Source: Bacteroidota bacterium (GTDB lineage: Bacteria; Bacteroidota; Bacteroidia; Bacteroidales; JAADGE01). Taken from it: a stretch of 64,000 nt of DNA. The notes under the pieces are model-generated. The model did no database searches. It saw nothing but the letters and a program-made list of their open reading frames with translations, and had not been told where the DNA came from. The position numbers and the translations under genes are program-made. The stretch lies in NCBI GenBank assembly GCA_024277895.1, contig JAJRUH010000125.1, positions 1,325-65,324 of the forward strand, written 5' to 3'. Numbering within the stretch: the stretch's first letter is position 1; each line of letters starts with the position of its first letter. Below, one piece after another: positions 36,783 through 46,449 of the stretch.

Positions 36783-36935
36783 AACAGAAAATTTTTATTG
36801 AGTAAAACATTTCCGTTCTTCACTCGAACAGAATGAGTTTGCTTACAATATTAATTATATTTTATAAAATAATTATGTAAACACATAAAGGATACATAAT
36901 CAGATAATTAAAAGTTAAATTTTAAAATAAACATA

Positions 36936-39074
36936 ATGAATAAGATAATATATATTATTGCATTACTATGTATAAACAATGCCTTATTTAGTCAAAATAA
37001 GAAACAAGACACAGTAAACATTGACGAAGTTATTATAACAATAAACAGAATGCCGGTTACGCTGAAAAATACTCCGAGAGCCATTTCTGTTGTTACTTCA
37101 AAAACCTTGTCATTAATGCCGAAAACAATCGGAGCCGAAGAAGCTCTTCGTTTAGTTCCGGGAGTTCGTATTGATAATCAACATAACGGCGAACGTGTAC
37201 ATATTTCTATCAGAGGACAAGGAATATTAACAGAAAGAGGTTTAAGAGGAGTCGGAATATTGCTTGACGGAATTCCGATAAACGACCCTTCCGGCTTTGC
37301 TCCCGATTTATACGATGTAGATTGGGCAACGGTAAAAAAAATAGAAGTTTTACGAGGACCTTCTGCCGGTTTATACGGCAGCAGCGGTTCTGCAGGAATA
37401 TTGAATATAACAACAAATGTCGGCGGCAATAAACCTGTCGGAGGAATTTTAAGTCAAAGTTTTGGTTCTCACGGTTTTTATAAAACACTTGTTCAATTAA
37501 ACGGTTCAAAAGATATTACTGATTACAGAATAAGTTATTCAAGAACCGGAGGAAACGGTTACAGAGATCATCAGGCATTTTGGGGAAATCAATTATACGA
37601 AAAACTCAGTTTTCATCCTTCCGAAAAACTGGCAATAACTCAAATAATATCACATACCGATTATTTCCATCAAAACCCGGAAGGTTTAAGCCTTGAACAG
37701 CTTGATAATCCTAAACAAGCAAACCCGGATGCTTGTCCGTTTAACGAATATCAAAAAACAAATAGAACAACTTTTGGCTTCACGGGAACTTATAAATTTA
37801 GTAAAAAGCAAAATATTCAAACATATTCATATTACAGAACTTGGAACTATAAAGAAACAAGTAATACAAATGCAGAATACAGAAATTATTCAGACCCCGG
37901 AGCAGGGATTCAATACAATATAAATTTTACAACAGGCAAGCTAAAACATTCTTTCAGTATCGGCTCCGATTTAAAGTTCCAAAATATTGATATGTATAAA
38001 TTGCAAAGTGCTGCTAATCCAAACAGAATTGAAAGCATAAATGAAACCACAACAGAAACAGACACTTTGCTTGCAAATCAAATTATTGCACAAAACAATA
38101 TAGGTATTTTCGGTCTGTACAGATTAGAATTAGGAAAATTCAATTTAACAGGAAATATCAGATATGATAATATAAAAAATGAGCTTACCGATAAAATGAT
38201 GCAGGCAGATACTGCTGAAACCGATATGAATTTTTCGCACAAATCATACAGATTAGGTGCAAGTTATAATTTTTCAGATGGCGTAACTTCTTTTGCGAAT
38301 TTCAGTCAGGGATTTATGCCCCCCTCAACCGAAGAATTAGCAGCTAATCCGGAAGGATATTCAGGATTTAACACACATTTAGTATCTGCAACTTCCGATT
38401 GTTTTGAAGTAGGAACACGAGGTTATATCGGCAAAAAAATATATTATGATATTACAGGTTTCTTGATGAATACAAAAAATGATTTTTTCCGTTTCAAACA
38501 ATCCGGCAGAGGAAATCAAGAAGTATTTTACGGAAATGCAGGCAACAGTAAACGATACGGTACAGAAATATTTTTTTCTGCTGATATTTTTAAAAATTTG
38601 AATCTGCAAACAGCATATACATATTCAGACTTTAAATATACATCAGCTCAAATAGACCCTGTTTATACTGATACAAATTATGTTTTGACAACACCGCCTG
38701 CCGAAGGACAATATTTACCTAATTCACCCAAACATCAACTTTATGCAGAATTGCGATACCGAATAAATAAAAATTTCAATATTAGTATAGGAACAGAATA
38801 TCAGTCGAAATGGGCAATTTATACAGATGCAAAGGCATATAACGGAGAATTAAACCCGAAAATATATCAAAATTGGCAAAAAGGATTTAATTTGTATAAT
38901 GCAAGAATATCTTATGAATGGAAATTAAAAAATATAAAAGGAGAAATAAATTTATCCGCTCGTAACTTTACAGGTACAAATTATATGGCATTTACAGAAC
39001 CCGACCCGGACGGAAATTCTTATCAACCCGGACCAAAACAAGAATATTTCTGTAATTTGGCAATAAGATTTTAA
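36936..39074 (+). CDS. TonB-dependent receptor
   Basis: 712 aa. Signal peptide, plug (IDEVIITINRMP, ISIRGQGILTERGLRGVGILLDGIPINDPSG), barrel, and C-terminal ...NLAIRF. Confidence 0.8.
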   Translation: MNKIIYIIALLCINNALFSQNKKQDTVNIDEVIITINRMPVTLKNTPRAISVVTSKTLSLMPKTIGAEEALRLVPGVRIDNQHNGERVHISIRGQGILTERGLRGVGILLDGIPINDPSGFAPDLYDVDWATVKKIEVLRGPSAGLYGSSGSAGILNITTNVGGNKPVGGILSQSFGSHGFYKTLVQLNGSKDITDYRISYSRTGGNGYRDHQAFWGNQLYEKLSFHPSEKLAITQIISHTDYFHQNPEGLSLEQLDNPKQANPDACPFNEYQKTNRTTFGFTGTYKFSKKQNIQTYSYYRTWNYKETSNTNAEYRNYSDPGAGIQYNINFTTGKLKHSFSIGSDLKFQNIDMYKLQSAANPNRIESINETTTETDTLLANQIIAQNNIGIFGLYRLELGKFNLTGNIRYDNIKNELTDKMMQADTAETDMNFSHKSYRLGASYNFSDGVTSFANFSQGFMPPSTEELAANPEGYSGFNTHLVSATSDCFEVGTRGYIGKKIYYDITGFLMNTKNDFFRFKQSGRGNQEVFYGNAGNSKRYGTEIFFSADIFKNLNLQTAYTYSDFKYTSAQIDPVYTDTNYVLTTPPAEGQYLPNSPKHQLYAELRYRINKNFNISIGTEYQSKWAIYTDAKAYNGELNPKIYQNWQKGFNLYNARISYEWKLKNIKGEINLSARNFTGTNYMAFTEPDPDGNSYQPGPKQEYFCNLAIRF

Positions 39075-39262
39075 CAGACTTAATAAAATTTATTGAAACA
39101 AACGTTTAATTGATATTGAATATGATTGTTGAACTACTGAAAATCAGTAATGTTATTCACACAAAACTCACATAATTTCACAGATATTCCTGTGTGAATT
39201 TATGTTATCTGCGTAAAATTTAACAGAAGAACCAATATTAATACAAATGTCAATATTAGTTA

Positions 39263-39495
39263 GGACTTACTGAAAAGCTCACAGGTGCATTAGATTTCAA
39301 GTTTCTCGTTTGAAGTCGTATATAAATACTGTGAAATAAGAGAAATTTGAAAGATGATGTGCCTGTGGGCAACTAAAATATTTTACACAAGTGCAGGGAA
39401 ATAGGGTGAAATGAATTAAAAACCTTGAACTTGTATATGCAAATAACCTTATAAGTAACTGAAACACAAATATATTAGCGTTTTACGGCAAGCCA
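39263..39495 (+). mobile_element. MITE-like non-autonomous element, copy A (decayed termini)
   Basis: Reverse complement of 61376-61606, with 20 substitutions plus a 2-nt indel over 231 aligned positions by hand alignment. It is flanked by the direct repeat TAGTTA at 39257-39262 and 39496-39501. Confidence 0.65.
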
Positions 39496-39520
39496 TAGTT
39501 AAATGTCTAATTTATAAAAT

Positions 39521-41542
39521 TTATTTTCCGCTGCCGAATTTTACGGCATTAATACCATAATCGTCACGCAATACACGGAATTCAGTTCGTCGATTTATTT
39601 GATGACAAATTTCTTTTTGCGTGTCGGTTTCCAAATTGTCGATAAATTCTTTTGTCAGCACATCGCCGTTTTTTAAAAATCGGTATTTAGACAAAAGTTT
39701 TCTGCCTTCTTTTGTTTTGGAAGAAATCACTTTAGGATTTTTTTCACCGTTTCCTACGGAAGTTAATCGGTCGGCTTTAATCCCTTTTGAAATCAAATAA
39801 TCCATAACACTTTTTGCTCTTCCTTCAGAAAGTTTTTGGTTATATTCAGTACCGCCTCTGTAATCGGTATTTGCAGACAGTTCGATGGTAATATGAGAAT
39901 TTACGGTTAAAATTTTCACCAGTTTATCCAGCGAAACCATTGATTCCGGTCGTAAGGTTGTTTTTGCCACATCATATTCGATATTAGGCAATTCAAAGGT
40001 ATTTTTTATGGGTGCCAAATCTAAAATCACATCAAAGGTTTTACTTTTCTTCAGTCCTTTTGTCGAGCGATCAACAACTGCACTAAGGTATTTTGATTTA
40101 GATGCAATTACAGTATAATCGGTTTTAGGGTGTAAATTAAAACGAAAAGTTCCGTCTGACGCCGAAGTTATTTCGGCTTCATGTCCGCTCGGACTTGTTA
40201 AATGCACAACAGCTCCTGCCAAAGGTTCGTTTGTATTGGAATTTATTACTTTACCTTTCATTACAAAAATTAAGTCGGGCAAAGAAAATTGATACAAATC
40301 AATGTATCTGTCCCTGTCGGATGTCAAATATCCGAATTTTTTATTTTCGTAGAAACAAATTCCGAAGTCGTCTTTCGGTGAGTTAATCGGATATTTCATA
40401 TTTTCAACTTCCCACGTTGTACCGTTTTTTACGGCTTTAAAAATATCCAATCCGCCCATACCCGGATGTCCGTCGGAAGCAAAATAAAGAACACCTGTAT
40501 CACTGATATACGGGAACTTCTCATTACCCTTGGTATTAATTTTAGAACCGAGATTTTCGGGTTTACTCCATTTTCCGTTAGGACTTGAGCGTTTTACAAC
40601 CCAAATATCTTGTCCTCCGCGACATTTCATTCCGGGGATGCTGTCGCTGACAAAATACATCGTCATTTCATCTTTTGAGACAGCAGGGTATGCCACCGTT
40701 ACACTGCTGTCTCCGATTAATTCAACTTCTTGCGGATCACTCCATCCTTCGGCATTATTGCGTGATTTATAAATTTTACATCCCATATTTGCTTTATCAA
40801 TTTGCTTACACATTGAAAAATACATAGTACTGCCTCCGTTCAAAATTACAGCAGCACCTTCACTGCCGGGAGAATTTACATTCCCGTCAACCGGAACAGG
40901 AACACTCCATTTTCCTTTTCGATCTTTTTTGGCAACAAAAATATCGGAATAACTTTGTCCGGTAATATTACTCGCATCTTTACCATGAGCACTTTCGCGA
41001 GTCGACGAAAAATATATTTCAGCTTTGCTTCTTCCGAAAGAAGGACAAAAATCGGCGTATTTAGAATTAATATCTTTGGCTTTTACCACTATATATCCGG
41101 TAGGATTTGCTAACCAATCCATTGCTAAATCACAGGATTTCTCACCAATTTTTCCTCTTTCGTCTGTCGGCACCAAATTTTCATATTTCTTATATTGAAT
41201 TTTTGCTTCATCATATTTACCTTCTGTTCTAAGAGCATTTCCGTAATATAACCAAGCAATCGGTTTGTCAATATTATAACGAACAGCTTTTCGATACCAT
41301 TTTGCTGCTTTCCGGTTATTCATCATACGTCTTCCGCATTCTCCTAATTTAAAAGCAGTTTCTGCCTTATCCTGCTTGGAACTTAATTTTTCATAAACTT
41401 TTTCGTATGTTTCGGCAGCAAGAAAATATTCTCCTGTTGCAAAAGCTTCATCTGCTTTTTTTATCATTCTTTTTTGAGAAAAGGATAAAGTTACCAATAA
41501 AATAAAAGCGAATGAAAATAATGCGGTTTTAAAATATCTCAT
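39521..41542 (-). CDS. OmpA-family protein with TPR, TolB-like beta-propeller and CarboxypepD_reg-like domains (PorE-like architecture)
   Basis: Trimmed to ATG 41542 (MRYFKTALFSFAF...). TPR-like N-terminus, WD40/TolB-like repeats, VMKGKVINSNTNEPLAGAVV, and C-terminal OmpA domain LSANTDYRGGTEYNQKLSEGRAKSV. Confidence 0.7.
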   Translation of the reverse strand: MRYFKTALFSFAFILLVTLSFSQKRMIKKADEAFATGEYFLAAETYEKVYEKLSSKQDKAETAFKLGECGRRMMNNRKAAKWYRKAVRYNIDKPIAWLYYGNALRTEGKYDEAKIQYKKYENLVPTDERGKIGEKSCDLAMDWLANPTGYIVVKAKDINSKYADFCPSFGRSKAEIYFSSTRESAHGKDASNITGQSYSDIFVAKKDRKGKWSVPVPVDGNVNSPGSEGAAVILNGGSTMYFSMCKQIDKANMGCKIYKSRNNAEGWSDPQEVELIGDSSVTVAYPAVSKDEMTMYFVSDSIPGMKCRGGQDIWVVKRSSPNGKWSKPENLGSKINTKGNEKFPYISDTGVLYFASDGHPGMGGLDIFKAVKNGTTWEVENMKYPINSPKDDFGICFYENKKFGYLTSDRDRYIDLYQFSLPDLIFVMKGKVINSNTNEPLAGAVVHLTSPSGHEAEITSASDGTFRFNLHPKTDYTVIASKSKYLSAVVDRSTKGLKKSKTFDVILDLAPIKNTFELPNIEYDVAKTTLRPESMVSLDKLVKILTVNSHITIELSANTDYRGGTEYNQKLSEGRAKSVMDYLISKGIKADRLTSVGNGEKNPKVISSKTKEGRKLLSKYRFLKNGDVLTKEFIDNLETDTQKEICHQINRRTEFRVLRDDYGINAVKFGSGK

Positions 41543-41640
41543 GATAAAAGTGTTTTTTGAATTAAGCAAAGATAAGAAAATTAGTTAAAAGTTTATACAG
41601 TTAAAAATTGAAAGTTAAAAGTTAAAAACCAATCAATATA

Positions 41641-42699
41641 CTAACAAGCTGAATAACAAATATTTCCGCCTGATGAATCTTTTTTTGCTCCGGTAACGGA
41701 AGCTAAAGTATTAATTTCACCTATACTTCTTAAAAAACCGAGAAATGCAAAAATTATTGCTTCTTTAAAATCAATTAATTCTTTATCAGGAATAATAAAA
41801 TCATTTTTTATATTTTTTTTCAAAAGAGAAATAAAAAACTTATTATGAGCACCGCCTCCGGTAACCAGAACTTTTTTATCAGGAGAGATACAATTATTTA
41901 TCTGAAAAGCCGAATGTTCATAAACAGTACGAATTACATCCTCGTTTGATATTTTATATTTGCTGAAAACAGGTAAATAAAAATTCTCAACATACTCGCG
42001 TGCAAGAGATTTCGGCGGGCTGAATTTGTAATAATCAATATTGTTTAATTCATCCAGCAGTTGTTTATTTATATTTCCTGATTTTCCGAGTTCTCCGTCC
42101 TTATCATATTCTTTACCTTCAAGTTGTGCAAATTTATTTATGATAAAATTAAACGGACAAATATCAAAAGCTGTTCTTATGCCCTCTACATCGTAAGAAA
42201 TATTTGCAAAACCTCCGAGATTAATGCAATAATCATATTCGTGAAACAGCAATTTATCACCGACAGGAACAAGCGGTGCACCTTGCCCTCCGAGTGCCGT
42301 GTCAAGGTTCCTGAAATCTGAAATTACCGGAATGCCGGTTTCTGCCGCAATAAATGCACCGTCGCCGATTTGAAAAGTTACTTGTTCTTCGGGTTTATGA
42401 AAAACTGTGTGTCCGTGTGATGCTATAAAGTCGGGCTTTGGCTTATTTTTTAAAAAAACATTGGCTTTTTGCCCCATAAATTTACCGTATTCTTTATGAA
42501 ATTTAATAAAATTATAAGAATTAAGGTTTTGTGCTGTTTCTAATTGCTTTTTTATTACATTGTCATACTCAAAAAAATCCGTTTTAATAATTTTGTATGA
42601 ATAATTATTACCGGATTTCTCAAATTCACATAAGGCAAAATCAAGACCGTCAAGCGAGGTTCCGGACATAATACCGAGTATCGTTTTTTTAATTTTCAT
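41641..42699 (-). CDS. anmK: Anhydro-N-acetylmuramic acid kinase
   Basis: 352 aa. GIMSGTSLDGLDFALCEF, GGQGAPLVP and VTGGGAHN. Confidence 0.85.
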   Translation of the reverse strand: MKIKKTILGIMSGTSLDGLDFALCEFEKSGNNYSYKIIKTDFFEYDNVIKKQLETAQNLNSYNFIKFHKEYGKFMGQKANVFLKNKPKPDFIASHGHTVFHKPEEQVTFQIGDGAFIAAETGIPVISDFRNLDTALGGQGAPLVPVGDKLLFHEYDYCINLGGFANISYDVEGIRTAFDICPFNFIINKFAQLEGKEYDKDGELGKSGNINKQLLDELNNIDYYKFSPPKSLAREYVENFYLPVFSKYKISNEDVIRTVYEHSAFQINNCISPDKKVLVTGGGAHNKFFISLLKKNIKNDFIIPDKELIDFKEAIIFAFLGFLRSIGEINTLASVTGAKKDSSGGNICYSAC

Positions 42700-42969
42700 A
42701 TTTTATGATTGACAGGTAAAATTAAGAAAATCATTTAAAATTTTGTTTTTTTCATAAAAAGTATGTATATTATCTGCAAGTCATCGGCTGAATTAGTTAT
42801 TTCATTCATTCGATAACTTGCAGTCTGTCGGCTTAACACTTGCAAATTTAAGGATATTACGTATTTAAATATTTTTTAAAAAATTTTATTGAATTAATAT
42901 CAGGGTAAAAGTTTTTTTATGTGTATTAATTTTAAGAAAAACAAATTTATTAATCAAAAATCTCTTATT

Positions 42970-43755
42970 ATGAAAACTTTAAAATCAATTTTTCTTTCGG
43001 TAATTTTATTAACCGTATTTTTTTCTTCTTGTAAAAAAGATAAAGATGCACCTGCCTTACCGCCCGAATCGGCATTTGTTGCAAATTTTTCGGACTTCAA
43101 CAACAATAAAACAGTTGCCGATACTACAATGGTCAATTGGGCACATTCTGCTTTTAACGTTGGTGTTTGGAATGTTATTATTACCGTGGGACTTGCCGTT
43201 CCGGTTGCGTCTTATGTTGAAGCGGTTAAAAACCATCCTGCCGACTATCAAGGAGATAATACTTGGCTTTGGACATATTCGTTCAATGTCGGTTCAAATT
43301 CTTTCACGGCTGAATTATACGGAGTGCTGAAATCTGAAACGATAGAATGGGAAATGTACATTACAAAAGCCGGTGAATACGAACACTTTCTGTGGTACAG
43401 CGGTGTAAGTAATCTTGACAATAAACACGGAACTTGGACATTGTACAATAAACCGACCGACCCTACCGAACTTCTCGGAATAGAATGGAACAGAACTTCC
43501 GACACTACCGGAAATATCAAATACACTAATATTGTTCCCGGAGGTGCAGAAAACGGAGGATACATTTTATACGGAAATGACAGCAACTCGGATTTGAATG
43601 CTTATTACAACATTTACAATAAAGGACAGGATAATTTAATTCAAATCGAATGGAATCAAACCGTTAAAAACGGCAGAGTGAAAGATGAAAATAAATTCGG
43701 CGACGATTTATGGCATTGCTGGGATGAAACACAACACGACGTTGATTGTAACTAA
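42970..43755 (+). CDS. Hypothetical lipoprotein
   Basis: Trimmed to ATG 42970 (MKTLKSIFLSVILLTVFFSSCKKD, lipobox). No family recognised. Confidence 0.45.
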   Translation: MKTLKSIFLSVILLTVFFSSCKKDKDAPALPPESAFVANFSDFNNNKTVADTTMVNWAHSAFNVGVWNVIITVGLAVPVASYVEAVKNHPADYQGDNTWLWTYSFNVGSNSFTAELYGVLKSETIEWEMYITKAGEYEHFLWYSGVSNLDNKHGTWTLYNKPTDPTELLGIEWNRTSDTTGNIKYTNIVPGGAENGGYILYGNDSNSDLNAYYNIYNKGQDNLIQIEWNQTVKNGRVKDENKFGDDLWHCWDETQHDVDCN

Positions 43756-43767
43756 CTCAATTTTTAT

Positions 43768-43815
43768 ACTTATTACCGTGTCGTTAATTTAAAGGTACGG
43801 TAATAAGTTTTATTC
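43768..43815 (+). terminator. Rho-independent terminator
   Basis: 12-bp stem ACTTATTACCGT / ACGGTAATAAGT followed by TTTTATT. Confidence 0.6.
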
Positions 43816-43964
43816 ATAAATTAATTATTCTTACAATTATCTTAAAGCGTCATACTGAATTTATTTCACAATCTTATTATGCTGATTTACAACTAATTGC
43901 ATAGATACTGAAACGAGTTCGGTATAACAAAATATACTTTTTAAATATACTCATAATTTTTGGT

Positions 43965-44930
43965 ATGAAAAACTTGTTTTTAATAATTCCGTTGCTTTTT
44001 TTCATAAATTGCAAAAAACCGGAGAAAACGGAAACCGGACTTTTTACAAAAAATATAAGCATTGACGGAATAAACAGAAGATATGCAATTTATATTCCCG
44101 AAAATAAAGACAATGTACTGCTGCCTATTGTTTTTGAACTACACGGAGGGGGAATTTATATTGAAGATATGACAGGAGAAAGCGGTTACAAAACACCTTA
44201 TAAATTATGGATGACTTTAGCTGACAATGATAAATTTATTGTAGTTTATCCGGAAGGATTAAACGGTGCATACGATAAACCGACTTGGAATGATTGCAGA
44301 GCAAACAGTATTGTCAGTTCCGATGCCGATGATGTCCGATTTATTTCAACTTTAATAAATGAAATTTCTTCAAATTATAACATTGATAAAACACGTATTT
44401 ATGTTTCCGGAACATCAAACGGAGGATTAATGGCTTTACGACTTGCCGTTGAGCTGTCGGACAGAATTGCGGCAGTTGCGGCGGTTGCGGCGGCAATGCC
44501 AGATACTTCCGAATGCGGCTCACCTGTTAACCCGATTTCGGTATTATTTATGAACGGAACAGATGATAACCATCTTCCGTTTAACGGCGGGTTTGTTTCT
44601 AATCCGCCGAATCCTGATTTCGGTTCGGTATTTTCGGCAGAACAATCCGTAAAAATTTGGACTGATTTTGACCAAACCGATACTGTTCCCGTTAATTATA
44701 ATTTTCCGGATTTAGATAACAATGACGGCGGAATTGTCGAAAAATTCAGTTATAAAAACGGACTTAACGGAACAGAAGTTGTTTTTTATAAAGTAAACGG
44801 AGGCGGACATTCGGCACCGAGCATAAAAGAGCAATATTCCGGTTTATTTGAAGAAAGTTTTAATAAACAAAACCACGACATTGAAATGACAACGGAAGTT
44901 TGGAAATTTTTTAAAGATAAAAGTCTATAA
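43965..44930 (+). CDS. Secreted alpha/beta hydrolase (PHB-depolymerase / LpqC-type esterase family)
   Basis: Lipoprotein-like signal (FFINC), HGGG oxyanion region VFELHGGG, and nucleophile elbow GTSNGG. Confidence 0.6.
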   Translation: MKNLFLIIPLLFFINCKKPEKTETGLFTKNISIDGINRRYAIYIPENKDNVLLPIVFELHGGGIYIEDMTGESGYKTPYKLWMTLADNDKFIVVYPEGLNGAYDKPTWNDCRANSIVSSDADDVRFISTLINEISSNYNIDKTRIYVSGTSNGGLMALRLAVELSDRIAAVAAVAAAMPDTSECGSPVNPISVLFMNGTDDNHLPFNGGFVSNPPNPDFGSVFSAEQSVKIWTDFDQTDTVPVNYNFPDLDNNDGGIVEKFSYKNGLNGTEVVFYKVNGGGHSAPSIKEQYSGLFEESFNKQNHDIEMTTEVWKFFKDKSL

Positions 44931-46250
44931 ATTAATTTCTTTTAACAAAATATTGTCTTCCGATTTTGATTGAAATTCTTTAATATTTTTTAATCGTGTT
45001 TCAATTTCGGCATACACGGAGTTTTTTATGTATTTTGAAAAATCTTTTCCGAAATTTTCGTAATCGTTAATAACTTTTGCAACAGTCATATTTTCAATAC
45101 TCGTTGCGGGTTGAAATGCGTATTTATCTTTCAACAATACTTGAGATACTATTCCGGCTTTTACCATATTATTCAAAATATATTCCGCTGTAAGAACCGG
45201 AAGCGTGCTTAATGTCGAAAGTTCTTGTAAAGTAGGAGCTTTTTTGCCTTTTTTAAAGAAATCAATAATAAAAAGGAGTAAATACAGTGCAACTTTTTTC
45301 TGATAATGAATACTTAATTTGTGAAGTATAAGCCCGGAACCTTTAAGTTTAACATTTTGCACCGCAAACGAAATTTCTGCCCCGAGCAAAACAACGAACC
45401 AAGCTGTTTGCAACCAAATTAAGAACAAGGGTAATGCGGCAAAACTTCCGTAAACGGCATTTATACGCGTAGCTCCTGATTGAAAATAAATATACAGTCC
45501 CTGAAAAATTTGAAAAATTGTTCCCGCCGTTATTCCTGCAATAACAGCCGAACGAAATGTAACTTTGGTATTAGGCATAATTAAATACAAAATCGTAAAA
45601 GCAATCCAAACAATAACAAAAGGAATAATTTTGGCAAATTTAAAAAAAAGCGGTGTTGCAAAATCGAACATACCGGTGTGTGAAAAATTCGATAATTGGG
45701 TAGAAATAAATAGCGTTGTGCTGCTCGCCATAATCATAAATATCGGACCGAGTAACATTATTGTCATATAGTCTGTAAATTTACGAATAATACTTCGCGA
45801 CTTTTTGATGTCCCAAACCCGATTAAAAATACTTTCAATATTCGACAATAATTTTATAACCGACCACAATAAAAGAATAAAACCTAAGCCGGCAATAATT
45901 CCTCCTTTGGCAGTATCGAGCATAGTTCTTGTAAAATTAAGAATGTAATTAAGCACTTGTTCCTGCCCTTTTAAATTAGCCGTCAATTCTTCTTCAAGCA
46001 TTTTGTCCATTCCGAAACCTTTTGCAATACCAAAGCCCAAAGCTAAAACCGGAACTATTGACAATAAAGTAAAATATGTTAAAGCAGAGGCGTTTACGCT
46101 TAATTTATCTTTTTTAAAACCCTGCACTCCCAATGAAACAGTACGTAAAAAATTTATTAAACGACGCATAGGTTTTGATTTTTTACTAATATCAATTGAC
46201 CATAGTTCATTATTTATAAAATCTTTGATTTTTTGTATCTTTTTTTTCAT
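44925..46250 (-). CDS. YihY/BrkB-family membrane protein with C-terminal cytoplasmic extension
   Basis: 441 aa with six hydrophobic helices. Strings ASALTYFTLLSIVP and AVYGSFAALPLFLIWLQ are typical of YihY. Confidence 0.7.
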   Translation of the reverse strand: MKKKIQKIKDFINNELWSIDISKKSKPMRRLINFLRTVSLGVQGFKKDKLSVNASALTYFTLLSIVPVLALGFGIAKGFGMDKMLEEELTANLKGQEQVLNYILNFTRTMLDTAKGGIIAGLGFILLLWSVIKLLSNIESIFNRVWDIKKSRSIIRKFTDYMTIMLLGPIFMIMASSTTLFISTQLSNFSHTGMFDFATPLFFKFAKIIPFVIVWIAFTILYLIMPNTKVTFRSAVIAGITAGTIFQIFQGLYIYFQSGATRINAVYGSFAALPLFLIWLQTAWFVVLLGAEISFAVQNVKLKGSGLILHKLSIHYQKKVALYLLLFIIDFFKKGKKAPTLQELSTLSTLPVLTAEYILNNMVKAGIVSQVLLKDKYAFQPATSIENMTVAKVINDYENFGKDFSKYIKNSVYAEIETRLKNIKEFQSKSEDNILLKEINL

Positions 46251-46426
46251 CTTTTATTTAATTTTCATACAGAATATACAACAACAGTTCGATTTATTTT
46301 TGTATATATCAGAAAACTGCAACTTTGCAGAAATTTCACAAACAATTAATATAAAATCTTTCTTATAATTAAAATCAAAATTAATACTTTTTCGATGTAC
46401 TTTATTAATAATCAATAATTATTCCT

Positions 46427-46434
46427 TAATTTTG
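46427..46434 (+). promoter_or_regulatory. -7 promoter box TAATTTTG
   Basis: TAnnTTTG 16 nt upstream of ATG 46450. Confidence 0.3.
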
Positions 46435-46449
46435 TAAAAAATTAAAACT

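Noticed and set aside
36891-36910. GATACATAATCAGATAATTA upstream of the TonB-dependent receptor, resembling Fur-box GATAAT hexamers.
   Set aside because: Only two imperfect hexamers with non-canonical spacing, in a very AT-rich promoter. It cannot be separated from background without a genome-specific Fur motif.
39155-39199. 9-bp stem ATTCACACA / TGTGTGAAT with a 27-nt loop downstream of the TonB-dependent receptor. The nearby ACTACTGAAAATCAG weakly resembles the MITE terminus.
   Set aside because: The large loop and lack of a clear T tract make it a weak terminator. The similarity to the MITE end is about 11 nt and not convincing as a solo terminal repeat.
44469-44495. GCGGCAGTTGCGGCGGTTGCGGCGGCA short tandem repeat.
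   Set aside because: It lies inside the esterase coding sequence and simply encodes an AAVAAVAAA hydrophobic stretch, not an independent repeat element.
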